A DNA stretch of 64,000 nt from an uncultured Gemmatimonadaceae bacterium (lineage in GTDB: Bacteria > Gemmatimonadota > Gemmatimonadetes > Gemmatimonadales > Gemmatimonadaceae), in assembly GCA_963781585.1 (NCBI GenBank), contig CAWAGQ010000006.1, positions 224,001 through 288,000 on the forward strand, given 5' to 3'. Below, piece by piece: positions 29,171-40,203 of the stretch. Numbering within the stretch: the stretch's first letter is position 1; each line of letters opens with the position of its first letter. The notes beneath the pieces are model-generated. The model did no database searches. It was not told where the DNA came from and saw only the letters and a program-made list of their open reading frames with translations. A program made the position numbers and the translations under genes.

Positions 29171-30685
29171 CTACGTCCCCGTGTCTGTCCCGCGCCGCCG
29201 CCGTAGCGCCGGGTACGCCGCGCGAAATCGTGCGTACGCATCCAGGTAGGCCGCGCGCGCTGCGGGATCGGGCTGGAGGGGTGCGCTGCGCGTGAGCGTC
29301 GCGCGGCACGCGGCGGCCAGATCGGGGAACGCTCCCACGCCCACCGCGGCCAGCAGCGCCGCGCCATATGCCGGTCCCTCCTCGCGGTTCACCGTGCCAA
29401 CCGGCACTCCATAGACGTCGGCCTGGAGCTGCCGCACGAACGCGCTCCTCGCACCGCCGCCGGTGAGCAGGAGCTGTTCCGGTGCCAGTCCAAGCTCGCG
29501 AATGATCGCGACCGAATCGGCGAGCGCGAACGTGATCCCCTCGAACACTGCTCGGGCTAGATGCGCGCGGGTGTGGCGGGCGCTCAGTCCGAGGAACGCG
29601 CCCCGCGCCGACGCATCGCGGTGTGGCGTCCGCTCCCCGTGGAGATACGGCAGAAAGGTCGCGCCCCCGGCGCCCGGCGGAACCGTCGCCGCTTCTTCGC
29701 CTAACGACAAACTCGCGGTGGCGGGTTCCAGGTCACGTGCAAACTGATCGCGGAACCAGGCGAAGGCGCCGCCCGCGGAGAGCACCACGCCCATCACATA
29801 CCACGTGCCGGGCACCACGTGGCAGAACGTGTGGACCCGGAGTCCGGGATCGACGACCGGCCTGGGCGTCGGCGCGAGCACGGTGCCCGATGTCCCCCAG
29901 CTGCACACCGCGTCGCCGGGAGCGACGGCGCCGACTCCGGCGGCGCCGCAGGCGTTGTCCGCACCGCCACCCACCACCGGCGTCCCCGCCGTGAGTCCGG
30001 TGAGGGCAGCGGCCTCGGTCGTAACGCGACCCAGAACGTCCGCCGAGCCGCCGACGTCCGGCAGGAGCGATGCCGGCTGACGTCCACCGCGCGCAGCATC
30101 TCGTCGCTCCACCGCACGTGCGCCGGGTCGAACATGAGAGTCCCCGAGGCATCGGACGGCTCGGTCGCCAGAACACTCGTCAGGCGGAAGCGCACGTAGT
30201 CCTTGGCCAGCAGCACAGTCGCCACGCGCGCGAAGGCGTCGGGCTCCTGGTCGCGGAGCCAGAGGACCTTGGGGAGCGTGAAGCCCTCCAGCGCGGGGTT
30301 GCAGACCCACTCCCGCAGCCGATCCTCACCCCCAGCCAGCAGTGTGATCTCCGCGCACTGGCGTGTGGTGCGTCCGTCGCACCAGAGGAGGGCCGGGCGC
30401 ACCACATCGCCCGCGCGATCGAGAAATACCGACGAGTGCATCTGGCCCGAGATCCCGATCGCGGCGATGGACGCGCTGTCGCGGCCGGCGAGAAGCGACC
30501 GGACCGCCGCGATACAACCGGTCCACCACTCGTCAGGCGACTGCTCCGCCCAGCCCGCGATGCGGAGTGCTGAGCGAAAGCGGCGTCGACGAGTGAGCGA
30601 CCACGTTGCCTGTCGCGTCGATCAACAGGCCTTTGACGGCGCTGGTGCCGATGTCGAGGCCGAGGAACCGCGTGTCGGCCTTCAT
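29171..30685 (-). pseudogene. xylB: Xylulokinase with two frameshifts (~30560, ~30072); real or sequencing error
   Basis: LGLDIGTS, GQMHS, LLWCDGR, GGGADNACG, LPYLHGERTP, GGGARS spread over three frames. Confidence 0.85.
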
Positions 30686-31743
30686 CCGGCCGCGTCCGGC
30701 GTCTCCCACTGACCGCTCTTCTCAGACCGGAACAGGGCATCGATCACGGCCATGTTGGCGATGCTGTCTTCCAGGGAAACGGGCACGCTCACGCGTCCAC
30801 GAATTGCTTCAGAGAATCGATCCGCCTGGAGCGCGTACTGGTCCACGAGCGGGAATTCGAACACCTCGGCCCCGGAACCGCGCAGGTCGCGTCCGTCATC
30901 GACGATGATCCGGCAGGGCCGGTCATTCGGCGCGTTGAACGGAATCTCCACCTCGATGCGACCCCCGGTGCCGAAGACGTGCATCCGTTGATACGCCACC
31001 AGCGCGCCGCCGCAGGTGAAGCTTGCCCGACCCGCGGGGAATCGCAGCACGCCGCTCGTCAGGTCGTCCACTCCGGTCGCCGCGTCGTGATGGATGTCCG
31101 CCAACACCTCCGTCGGCTCGCTGTCGAACAGCCATCGCGAGAGCATGATCGGATAGCAGCCGATGTCGTACAGCACCCCGCCGCCATAGTCCGCGCGATT
31201 GCGGATGTTGTCGGCGGCGTGCAGCCGGTAGCTGAAGTGGCCGGTGACCAGGTGGAGCGTTCCGATGCGTCCGGACCGCACGAGATCCCGCGTCTTCAAC
31301 CACTGCGGATGCACGCGCACCATGAACGCCTCGGCGATCAGCACGCGGTTCCGGTCCCGCACGGACTTCAGATGCTGGGCCGCGGCCGCCGAGAGCGCGA
31401 TGGGCTTTTCGCAGAGCACGTGCTTCCCGGCGTCGGCGGCGCGGACGGACCAGGGGACGTGCAGGTGATTGGGCAGCGGAATGTAGACGGCTTCGACCTC
31501 CGGGTCGGCGAGCAGAGCGTCGTATGATCCGTGGGCGCGCTCTATCCCCATCGCTTCGGCTGCCGAGCGTGCCCTGGATTCGTCGCGCGAGGCGATGGCG
31601 ACCACCCGCGACCAGCGACTCCGCTGCATGGCGGGGATGACTGCCTTGCGGGCGATGTTGGCGACGCCGAGCACGCCCCACCGGACCGGAGCGATCTCCG
31701 TGGCTGGAGCTGTCACGACTCCTGCCGGCGGGGAAGCGCGCAA
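30682..31743 (-). CDS. Gfo/Idh/MocA oxidoreductase
   Basis: WGVLGVANIA, GKHVLCEKP, GGGVLYDIGCY. Confidence 0.92.
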   Translation of the reverse strand: MRASPPAGVVTAPATEIAPVRWGVLGVANIARKAVIPAMQRSRWSRVVAIASRDESRARSAAEAMGIERAHGSYDALLADPEVEAVYIPLPNHLHVPWSVRAADAGKHVLCEKPIALSAAAAQHLKSVRDRNRVLIAEAFMVRVHPQWLKTRDLVRSGRIGTLHLVTGHFSYRLHAADNIRNRADYGGGVLYDIGCYPIMLSRWLFDSEPTEVLADIHHDAATGVDDLTSGVLRFPAGRASFTCGGALVAYQRMHVFGTGGRIEVEIPFNAPNDRPCRIIVDDGRDLRGSGAEVFEFPLVDQYALQADRFSEAIRGRVSVPVSLEDSIANMAVIDALFRSEKSGQWETPDAAG

Positions 31744-31870
31744 CCAGCGGAAGCGGCACCGTTGGCGTCAGGTGGAGGGGCTGCTTCATCGACACGCTGC
31801 CGCGCGATTCCCGCCACGTGCATGACGGGACTGATGCCGACGGCGGCCGCGACACGGTGGGATGGTGGAC

Positions 31871-34258
31871 TCACGGAGCGCGGACGTGGATGATCCTGTC
31901 GAGCCGGATGTCGCCCGAGGAGGATCCGATCTCAAGGCGAAGCGGCTCGGGCTCCACCCGCCAGTCGTGCGCCGTACTGTCCCAGTACGCGAGCGACTTC
32001 GAGGCCAACGCCAGCTCCACGGTTCGTGTCTCGTCAGGCGCCAATGTCACGCGCCGGAATCCGCGCAGGTCCTGTCGAGGTCGCGGCACGGCCGAGCCGA
32101 GGTGCTGCACGTACAGCTGAACCACCTCATCACCGGTCCGCGTGCCGGTGTTGGTAACCCGGACGCGCACGGTGATGGTGTCGGTCGCGGCGAGCGTATC
32201 GGCGCTGGTCGCCAGACTGTCGTACGCGAAAGTGGTGTAGCTCAGGCCATGCCCGAACGGATAGAGTGGCGGGCCGTCGAAGAACCGGTAGGTGCGGCCG
32301 GCCATGTCGTAGTCGTCGAAGGGTGGAAGGTCATCGACGCTCCGGTAGAATGTCACCGGCAACCGGCCGCCGGGGTTGTAGTCACCGAACAGCACGTCGG
32401 CGATGGCGGTGCCAGCGGCCTGTCCCGGATACCAGGCCTCGACGATCGCCGGGACGTGTTCCTGCGCCCAGTTCACGGCGAGCCCGCTTCCTGTGAGCAG
32501 CACGAGCACGGTGGGCTTGCCGACGGCCACGATCCGTTCGAGAAGGCGCTCCTGCGGCGCCGGGAGGTCGAGGGTCGTGCGGTCGCCACCGTTGAATCCG
32601 TCGATCTGAACCCGCATCTCTTCGCCTTCCAGACGACTCGTCAGGCCCAGGAAGAGGATGACCGCGTCGGACTGCTCGGCGGCGTGCACGGCTTCGGCCA
32701 GGAGCGAGTCCGCGATCGCCGCCTGCAGGGAGGGTTGGGAGGCGGCTTGAGGTACGGCACGCGCCTGGCCGGCGCGTCCCTGCGCTGCGTTCGCCTGGCC
32801 TGGCGGCGCCGTCGACGGACGTCCAGTCGGCGACGCGCGACCAGCCGGCGACGCTCCCGGCGGGGGCGGTGCGCCAGGCGGTGGCACGGTATCCACACCG
32901 CTCATCCCCGGCGCGAGATCGGAGCCACGGGCGTAGAGCACGCGCGTCGCACTGCTCACTGCCTCGCGGATCCCTCCCAGCGGTGTGACAGGATCCGCCG
33001 GCATACCATTATAGTTGCCCAGCAGCATCTGCCACTGGTCGGCGTTGGGCCCGATCACGGCCAACGTACCGAGATCCTTATGGAGCGGCAGCAATCCGCC
33101 CTGGTTCTTGAGGAGCACGATCGACTCCCGCGCAACCTGTCGCGCGAGCGCGCGGTGTGCGGGCCGGTCGAGCACGCTGTAGGGGATCTGCGCCCAGCGG
33201 ACCCGGTCGGGGGGATCGAACATGCCGAGTCGGAAGCGCGCGAGAAAGAGCCGGGTGACCGAGGTATCGATCTCTGCTTCGGTGATCAGACCCTGGTGCA
33301 CCGCGTCGGCGAGATTGTTGAAGACACGCCCGCAATTGAGATCGGTGCCCGACATCACGGCGAGTGCGGCCGCCTGGGCGGCGGAGTCGACGACCTGATG
33401 GCGCTGGTAGATGTCGGCGATCGCGCCGCAGTCGGAGACCACGTAGCCCCGGAATCCCCACTCGCCGCGCAGGATGTCGCGGAGCAGCAGGTCGCTCCCG
33501 CACGCGGGCTTTCCGTATACCCGGTTGTACGCGCACATGAGCGACTGCGCGCCGCCTTCGCGAATGCCGGCCTCGAAGTGCGGGAGATAGCTCTCGCGGA
33601 GGTCGCGCTCGCTCACCACCGCGTCGAACGTGTGGCGCTCGGGTTCGGGACCGCTGTGGACGGCGAAGTGCTTGACCGTGGAGACGGTCTTGAGGTATGT
33701 GGGATCGTCACCCTGCATCCCGCGGATGAACTGCACCGCCATGCGTCCAGTGAGAAACGGATCCTCGCCGTACGTTTCCTGGCCGCGCCCCCAGCGCGGA
33801 TCGCGAAAGAGGTTGATGTTGGGCGACCAGAAGGTGAGCCCGCCGTATCGCGGACTGCGGCCGTTGCGGACGTTCTCCTGATACTTGGCGCGCGCCTCGT
33901 CGGAGACGACCGTCGCCATCCGGAACATCAGGGAGTCGTCGAACGTGGCGGCGAGGCCGATGGCCTGTGGAAACACCGTCGCTAGTCCGGAGCGTGCCAC
34001 GCCGTGCAGCGCTTCGTTCCACCAGTTGTACGCCGGCACGCCGAGTCGGTCGATCGCCGGCGCCACGTCCTTCATCTGCGAGACCTTTTCCTCGAGGGTC
34101 ATGCGCGAGACGAGGTCCTTTGCGCGCTGCTCGAAGGGAAGATCGGGGTTGCGGAAGTCGGGCGCCTGCGCGTGCGCCGTCAAGGTGGCGATGCCGGAGA
34201 GAACCGATATGGCGATCGCGCGGACCGCGGAGGGCAAAGGCACGGGCAGGAACGGCAC
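31871..34258 (-). CDS. GH3 beta-xylosidase/glucosidase, secreted
   Basis: WWNEALHG, WSPNIN, KHFAVH, VVSDCGA, AWYPGQ, C-terminal Fn3-like domain. Confidence 0.95.
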   Translation of the reverse strand: MPFLPVPLPSAVRAIAISVLSGIATLTAHAQAPDFRNPDLPFEQRAKDLVSRMTLEEKVSQMKDVAPAIDRLGVPAYNWWNEALHGVARSGLATVFPQAIGLAATFDDSLMFRMATVVSDEARAKYQENVRNGRSPRYGGLTFWSPNINLFRDPRWGRGQETYGEDPFLTGRMAVQFIRGMQGDDPTYLKTVSTVKHFAVHSGPEPERHTFDAVVSERDLRESYLPHFEAGIREGGAQSLMCAYNRVYGKPACGSDLLLRDILRGEWGFRGYVVSDCGAIADIYQRHQVVDSAAQAAALAVMSGTDLNCGRVFNNLADAVHQGLITEAEIDTSVTRLFLARFRLGMFDPPDRVRWAQIPYSVLDRPAHRALARQVARESIVLLKNQGGLLPLHKDLGTLAVIGPNADQWQMLLGNYNGMPADPVTPLGGIREAVSSATRVLYARGSDLAPGMSGVDTVPPPGAPPPPGASPAGRASPTGRPSTAPPGQANAAQGRAGQARAVPQAASQPSLQAAIADSLLAEAVHAAEQSDAVILFLGLTSRLEGEEMRVQIDGFNGGDRTTLDLPAPQERLLERIVAVGKPTVLVLLTGSGLAVNWAQEHVPAIVEAWYPGQAAGTAIADVLFGDYNPGGRLPVTFYRSVDDLPPFDDYDMAGRTYRFFDGPPLYPFGHGLSYTTFAYDSLATSADTLAATDTITVRVRVTNTGTRTGDEVVQLYVQHLGSAVPRPRQDLRGFRRVTLAPDETRTVELALASKSLAYWDSTAHDWRVEPEPLRLEIGSSSGDIRLDRIIHVRAP

Positions 34259-34465
34259 AGCTCAACCATGTCGCGGCGTGCCCAGGACGGCAACCATGTC
34301 GCCGTGGCGAGTCCGACTCTCGGCTCGCGGAGGGCGGCGGGACCGAGCGGATTGGCGATGCCTTCCCCCTCGGGTCTCCCGAGGTGGTGCCGGCCGCCAT
34401 GTCCACACCCCTTACCACATTCAGGTCAGCGTTCCACCAACGCGCCACAACTCGTCCTGCCCTTG

Positions 34466-35773
34466 CTACTGGAGCCCGGGCGTGATCCGCAGCCGCACCA
34501 CTCCTGGCAGATCCTCTTCATCCCGGGTGATCGCCCAGAGAAGGTCGCCGTCTGCTTCGACGAGCGTGGTGCGCGGCGGGAGCATCACGCGTCCCAGGAA
34601 GCGGCCGTTGTCGGAAAAGACCTCCCACACGCCCGAGGATCGGTAGTGCCGGAGCGGCGGACCGTTCGGGCGGGAGGGAGGGAGCTGGTCGTCGGGGATG
34701 CGCTCCGACGGCGTCGCCGCCAGCGCCCAGATCCGGCCGTCCCGGGCGATGAACAGATTCGACATTGGAGCCTTGACTTCGGGGAGCGCGGGCCCCTGCC
34801 AGGTCCACGAGGGATTGGTGCGACGCATGACGGAGTAGATCCGCGCCTCTTCGTCCTTGCGGTCCTCCTCGGCCACCGGAATGCGCGGGTAGTCACGCTT
34901 GATCACCACCGGCCTGCCCTGCGTTCGCGCCAGGACGATCTCGTATTTCCCGCCGTGCGCGGCCACGAAGTACCCGTCCGGGTGCCATGCCCAATGGAAG
35001 TTCGGCGCGTACTGTGCCCCCGTTCCCGTCGATGCGCGTCCGTCGGGACTGGTCGAGACGTACGACGAGCGGGGAACATCGATCTCCGGAGGCAGGAGCG
35101 AGTCGCCTAACGGGATCGCCTCCGATGCCCGAATCGGGGCAGTGGTGGATTCGTCCGTCCGGAGTTTGACCAGCCCCAGGCGGCCGATCACTTCGCCCGC
35201 GCGGCGCATCCTGATCGGGCGCCGGAGGAAGAGAGCGCCGGAGCGGTCCGTCACCAGGCCGTGAGTGGTGCCGAAACCGGCCGGCGTGCGCCAGCTGGTG
35301 CGAAAATCGCCGCTCGCCGCAAACGACGAGACGCGCGCATTCTGCGGGTCCCAGATGGCGAGGCCCGTGTCGCTCGTCGCGACCATCCCGCCGTCGCCGT
35401 TGAATTCCCCCGGCCCTCCGCCTTTTCGTCCAATCGTCTTCAGCAGTTTGCCATCGGCCGCAAACAGAAAGAGCCGATTGGTCGGCGTATCGTAGACCCA
35501 CATCCTTCCCGCGCGATCCACGATGAAGTCGTAGACTTGCGTGAAGAGTAAGGTGTCGTCGACCCCCGGGGCGATCCGCAACTCCTCGGTCACGTGACGC
35601 ACGGCGCCGGCCGGAACGTCCCCCGCCACGTGGGCAATGATGGAATCACCGGTGGTGTCGAAGACGGTCACCAGGCCGGAGGGATCTGCGCCGCCCTTGG
35701 CGTCGGTGCCGGCGGAACACGCGCCAGCGAGCACGCACGCGGAAACGACTGCCAGCCGTAGCATCGATGGCAC
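34466..35773 (-). CDS. 6-bladed beta-propeller lipoprotein
   Basis: LAGAC lipobox, IGRKGGGPGEF, RDGRIW, RDEEDLPGVVR. Confidence 0.8.
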   Translation of the reverse strand: MPSMLRLAVVSACVLAGACSAGTDAKGGADPSGLVTVFDTTGDSIIAHVAGDVPAGAVRHVTEELRIAPGVDDTLLFTQVYDFIVDRAGRMWVYDTPTNRLFLFAADGKLLKTIGRKGGGPGEFNGDGGMVATSDTGLAIWDPQNARVSSFAASGDFRTSWRTPAGFGTTHGLVTDRSGALFLRRPIRMRRAGEVIGRLGLVKLRTDESTTAPIRASEAIPLGDSLLPPEIDVPRSSYVSTSPDGRASTGTGAQYAPNFHWAWHPDGYFVAAHGGKYEIVLARTQGRPVVIKRDYPRIPVAEEDRKDEEARIYSVMRRTNPSWTWQGPALPEVKAPMSNLFIARDGRIWALAATPSERIPDDQLPPSRPNGPPLRHYRSSGVWEVFSDNGRFLGRVMLPPRTTLVEADGDLLWAITRDEEDLPGVVRLRITPGLQ

Positions 35774-35791
35774 CGTGGTTCTCTCCCGGAG

Positions 35792-35886
35792 AATTGGGGT
35801 CAGACTCGAATTTCTGGGAAATTCGAGTCTGACCCCATTTTCAAAGGAAATTCGAGTCTGACCCCATTTTCGCGGACCCCATTTTC
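35792..35886. repeat. REP-like cluster GGGGTCAGACTCGAATTTC (inverted pair + extra copies)
   Basis: Perfect inverted pair separated by TGG, a third copy and a partial fourth; same unit at 40204-40257. Confidence 0.8.
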
Positions 35887-35890
35887 GCGC

Positions 35891-36187
35891 CTACCGCGTC
35901 GTTCCCGCCAGCTCTGTCAGATCGGTGAAGGTGGGACCTGCGTCGCACCGCGGATAGAGCACCTCGACGAACGCCTTCGTGTACGCCGATCCGCGATGTC
36001 GCTCTTCCGACGCGCTGTCGGGAAACTCCATGAGGTGCACGAAGGAGACGCCGTTTGGTGCACGGAAGGTTCTGTATTCGCTGTCCGGCTCGTGCTCCGC
36101 GACCGCGCTGACGAACTCGGCGATTGCCGCCTCCACCGTCGGCACTTCCGCTTTGCGCACCCGGTAGCGCACGAGCTTCACGATCAT
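35891..36187 (-). CDS. ABM/dimeric alpha-beta barrel small protein
   Basis: MIVKLVRYRVR...HEP...FVHLMEF...H..S.YTKAF. Confidence 0.65.
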   Translation of the reverse strand: MIVKLVRYRVRKAEVPTVEAAIAEFVSAVAEHEPDSEYRTFRAPNGVSFVHLMEFPDSASEERHRGSAYTKAFVEVLYPRCDAGPTFTDLTELAGTTR

Positions 36188-36401
36188 GGGATGGCTCCGA
36201 TTGGGCCGGCCTCGCAGACTACTGCGTCCGGTCGCCCGGCGCCACTTCTTCTGGTGAGCCAGCGCACTGCCGGACTGTGATGAACGACACCTGATGGGCC
36301 GGCGGGACGCCTCGCGCGGCACAACCCGCCGGGCCTCGCGCGCCCGAAGCCAGCAGTTTCCGGAGTGGTGACAAATACTGTGGACAAACGTCCTCAGTAT
36401 T

Positions 36402-38249
36402 GTGAGCACGTCTCTGCACTTGTCGGAAATCACGTACTCGGGACGCGAGACGACCCGCGAGCACGCCGTGCTGAGCGGGACGTTCGCGGCATCCATGGAG
36501 CGGCTTGTCCGCATCGCCGCGAGCACGCTCTCGGTGCCCTCCACGCTCCTGGCATTGCTGGGGAGCGATCGGCGCTGCTTTGCCGCCGGGCGCTACTGGC
36601 ACGACTGGTACTCGCACGACACCGGCGCGTTGTTGCGTTCGGGCCTGCTGCAGCGGACGGTCGAGCAGGGTGGGACGCTGGCGGTGCGCGACGCCCGCAT
36701 CGCCGAGGGCGACCTGGTACTTCGTTCCGCCGCGCGCGAGCTCGACATCGTCAGCGTCGCCACGGTGACCCTGGCGCAGGCTGACGGGACGATGCTCGGG
36801 TTGCTCTGCGCCTTCGACGACAAACCCCGCGACTGGGTTCCGCGTGAGATCGCTCTGCTGGGTGAGTTCGCGCAGATGGCGTCGACCGAGCTGCATCTGC
36901 GCCGGGTCCTCACCGAGCGTGACGCGCGAGAGCAGCAACTGCAGCACGATTCGATGCACGATCCCCTGACCCGCCTCCCGAACCGCACGTTCTTCATGAA
37001 GCGGCTCGCCGACGCGACGAACCGGGCGCGGCGTGGCGATGACGGCATTTTCGCCGTGTTGTTCCTCGATCTCGATGACTTCAAGCTGGTGAACGATTCG
37101 ATGGGTCACCACGTGGGCGATCAGGTGCTGATCACGGTGGCGCGGCGGCTGGAGGAGTGCGTGCGGGGAGGTGACATCGTCGCCCGGCTGGGCGGCGACG
37201 AGTTCGCGATTCTGCTCGAGCGCGTGACCGACGTGCGTGACAGCGCGATGGTGGCGGATCGCGTGCAGCAGTCGCTGAACCAGCCCATGAACATCGGCGG
37301 CTATGAGCACGTGACCACCGCGAGTGTGGGTGTTGCCCTCAGTACGTCGGCTGCCGATCAGCCGGAGTACCTGCTGCGCAGCGCCGACATGGCGATGTAC
37401 CGGGCGAAGAACACCGGCCGGGCGCGCTTCGAGATGTTCGACCGGGCCATGCACGCCGAGGCGCTGACCCGACTCCAGCTCGAGACCGATCTCCGGCACG
37501 CAATCGAACGGGACGAGTTCTTCCTCCACTTTCAGCCGATCATCTCGCTCAAGGACGGCGGGATTACGGGGATCGAGGCGCTCGTTCGCTGGCGCCATCA
37601 CGACCGCGGTATCGTCTCTCCGGGCGTGTTCGTGCCGGTGGCCGAGGACACCGGGCTCATCGTGCCGCTGGGCCGTTGGGTCCTGCGTGAGGCCTGCCGG
37701 CAGGCGCGCGCTTGGCAGGAGCGCTACGAGGACGAAACACCGCTGACGGTGTCGGTGAATCTCTCGGTGCGCGAGTTCGCGCAGCCCGATCTCGTTCCCC
37801 AGGTGGCGGCGATCCTGAAGGAGACAGGGATGCCGGCCAACCGCCTGCAGCTCGAAATCACCGAGAGCGCCATCATCGGGCAGCAGCATCCGGCCATCTC
37901 GACTATTCAGGAGCTGCGTGCCCTTGGCCTGGCGATCCACCTGGACGACTTCGGCACGGGCTACTCGGCCCTCAGCTACCTGCACCGTCTGCCGCTCGAC
38001 GCGGTGAAGGTGGATCGCGCGTTCACGAGTTCGATCGATACGGAAGAGCGACCGCTGCACGTGGTTCGGGCGATCATCTCACTCGCCCACGCCATCGGGC
38101 TGGAAGTGATCGCGGAAGGCGTCGCGACCCCGCATCAGCTCGCGCTCCTGCGGTCGATGGAATGCGATCGGGGCCAGGGGTTCCTCTTCGCCCGCCCGGG
38201 ATCGCCGACGGACATGGAAGCTCTGCTTCGGAGCAAGCCGCGCTGGTAG
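36402..38249 (+). CDS. GAF-GGDEF-EAL c-di-GMP enzyme
   Basis: GTLC-like LLCAFDDKPR, RLGGDEF, EALVRW, DDFGTGYS. Confidence 0.95.
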   Translation: MSTSLHLSEITYSGRETTREHAVLSGTFAASMERLVRIAASTLSVPSTLLALLGSDRRCFAAGRYWHDWYSHDTGALLRSGLLQRTVEQGGTLAVRDARIAEGDLVLRSAARELDIVSVATVTLAQADGTMLGLLCAFDDKPRDWVPREIALLGEFAQMASTELHLRRVLTERDAREQQLQHDSMHDPLTRLPNRTFFMKRLADATNRARRGDDGIFAVLFLDLDDFKLVNDSMGHHVGDQVLITVARRLEECVRGGDIVARLGGDEFAILLERVTDVRDSAMVADRVQQSLNQPMNIGGYEHVTTASVGVALSTSAADQPEYLLRSADMAMYRAKNTGRARFEMFDRAMHAEALTRLQLETDLRHAIERDEFFLHFQPIISLKDGGITGIEALVRWRHHDRGIVSPGVFVPVAEDTGLIVPLGRWVLREACRQARAWQERYEDETPLTVSVNLSVREFAQPDLVPQVAAILKETGMPANRLQLEITESAIIGQQHPAISTIQELRALGLAIHLDDFGTGYSALSYLHRLPLDAVKVDRAFTSSIDTEERPLHVVRAIISLAHAIGLEVIAEGVATPHQLALLRSMECDRGQGFLFARPGSPTDMEALLRSKPRW

Positions 38250-38375
38250 GGCAACCGGGTGTCACCCGTGGCCTTAACTACCAGGTCGCGCACGTCGTCT
38301 CAAAGCGGCTCGGGGCCTTCTCTCGCTCTCATCCCTCCAGGGGACGGCCAGCGGATGCGGGGAACGGCGCGTACT

Positions 38376-38470
38376 GACGGCAGCGATCAGCTGTCCGCTA
38401 TCAGCGGTCAGGAATGAGCGGACAGACGGCGGCTGTCCGCTATCAGCGGGGAGCCGTCGGCGGTCAGACA
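38376..38470. repeat. Degenerate short tandem repeats (TCAGC-type)
   Basis: GCTGTCCGCTATCAGCGG twice plus related 7-mers. Confidence 0.55.
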
Positions 38471-38477
38471 GGAATGC

Positions 38478-40178
38478 ATGACCAAACGTGACGAACGGCG
38501 AGGAGCAACCGACGTACCCGCACCGCCCGTAGGGCGGCGCGAGTTTCTGCATTCGGCGGCGGCGCTCAGTGCCGCTTTCGCGGTGGGGTCGCGCTTTTCG
38601 CCAGTCTCCGGTCGCGCTTCCTCGATCCTCACCGGTCCTGGCCGACGACTTCCCGAAAGAAGCGCCGCGGAGCTCGGCTTGATCGAGATCACCATCGACC
38701 AGCTGCAGGAAGGGATGCGGTCGGGTCGCTTCACGGCCCGGTCGGTGACCGAGGCGTATCTCGGACGGATCGCGGACCTCGACCGCGCCGGTCCCAAGCT
38801 GCGGGCGGTGATCGAAACGAATCCCGACGCGCTCAGGATCGCCGATCAGATGGACGCGGAGCGAAAGGCGCGCGGGCCGCGGGGGCCCCTGCACGGGGTG
38901 CCGGTCCTGATCAAGGACGCGATGGATACGGCCGACCACATGCGCTCAACGGCCGGGTCGCTGGCGCTCGCCAACTCGTTCGCCCCTCGCGACGCCTTCA
39001 TCGTGCAGCGACTGCGGGCGGCGGGCGCGGTGATCCTGGGCAAGACCAATTTGAGCGAGTGGTCGAACTTCCGGTCCACGCATTCCGCGGCCGGTTGGAG
39101 CGCGCGAGGCGGCCTGACGAGAAATCCCTACGTCCTCGATCGCAGCGCCTGTGGGTCGAGCTCGGGAAGCGGGGCCGCGATTGCGGCCAACCTGGGCGCG
39201 ATCGGGATCGGGACCGAGACTGACGGCTCCATTGTCTGTCCGGCAAGCGCGAACGGGCTGGTTGCGGTCAAGCCGACGGTGGGTCTGTGGAGCCGGACCG
39301 GCCTTATTCCCGTGTCGTACTCGCAGGATACCGCGGGTCCGATGTGTCGGACAGTGCGGGACGCGGCGATCCTGCTCGGCGCGCTGGCCGGTGTGGATCC
39401 GGCCGACGCAGCGACATCGGGCGCCGCCGCACACGCGCAGACGGACTTCACGGCCACGCTCGATCGTGATGGTCTGCACGGGGTGAGACTGGGCCTGTTG
39501 CGCCAGAGCCTTCCTGACGAGTCGACGCTGGTGCACGTGATGGATCAGAGCATCGCGGCGTTGAGGGCCGCCGGCGCGGTGGTGATCGATCCGATCGACG
39601 CAGGCGCTGTGGAAGACATCGACCTGCCGGAACTCCAGGTGCTGCTGTACGAGTTCAAGGCGAGCATCAAGGAATACCTGGCGGCGCGCGGGCCCGGTGA
39701 ACGAAACAAGAGCCTGGCCGACCTGATCCGGTTCAACGTGGATCACCGAGATGTCGAGATGAAGTACTTCGGACAGGAGTGGTTCGAGATGGCGGAGCAG
39801 ACGACGGGGCTGTCGTCATCGGAGTACCTGACCGCCCTCGCGGACTGTCGCCGCCTGTCGCGTGCCGAGGGGCTCGACCGGATCCTGCAGAGGCACCAGG
39901 TCGATGCGATCGTGAGCCTCACCAGTGGTCCGGCATGGAGCTCGGACCTTGTGGATGGCGACCACAACACCATTGGGAGCTCCAGCCTGGCGGCGGTGTC
40001 GGGATACCCGTCGGTGACCGTGCCCGCCGGGTTCGTCTACGGGTTGCCGGTGGGGGTGTCGTTCATTGGCGGCGCGTGGAGCGAACAGAACCTCCTGCGC
40101 TACGCCTACGCCTTCGAGCGGGCGACCAAGGTCCGTCAGACGCCGCGGTTCCTGCCCACGATCAACCTGGACGGTTGA
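38478..40178 (+). CDS. Amidase (second paralog) with Tat signal
   Basis: GRREFL, LIKD, GSSSGS, GTETDGSIVCP. Confidence 0.93.
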   Translation: MTKRDERRGATDVPAPPVGRREFLHSAAALSAAFAVGSRFSPVSGRASSILTGPGRRLPERSAAELGLIEITIDQLQEGMRSGRFTARSVTEAYLGRIADLDRAGPKLRAVIETNPDALRIADQMDAERKARGPRGPLHGVPVLIKDAMDTADHMRSTAGSLALANSFAPRDAFIVQRLRAAGAVILGKTNLSEWSNFRSTHSAAGWSARGGLTRNPYVLDRSACGSSSGSGAAIAANLGAIGIGTETDGSIVCPASANGLVAVKPTVGLWSRTGLIPVSYSQDTAGPMCRTVRDAAILLGALAGVDPADAATSGAAAHAQTDFTATLDRDGLHGVRLGLLRQSLPDESTLVHVMDQSIAALRAAGAVVIDPIDAGAVEDIDLPELQVLLYEFKASIKEYLAARGPGERNKSLADLIRFNVDHRDVEMKYFGQEWFEMAEQTTGLSSSEYLTALADCRRLSRAEGLDRILQRHQVDAIVSLTSGPAWSSDLVDGDHNTIGSSSLAAVSGYPSVTVPAGFVYGLPVGVSFIGGAWSEQNLLRYAYAFERATKVRQTPRFLPTINLDG

Positions 40179-40203
40179 CGGCCGGGCGGCCGGAGTTCCC
40201 GGC

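Noticed and set aside
35792..35886. CRISPR-like repeat
   Set aside because: Copies are inverted or adjacent without spacers and no cas genes are present; better explained as REP-like.
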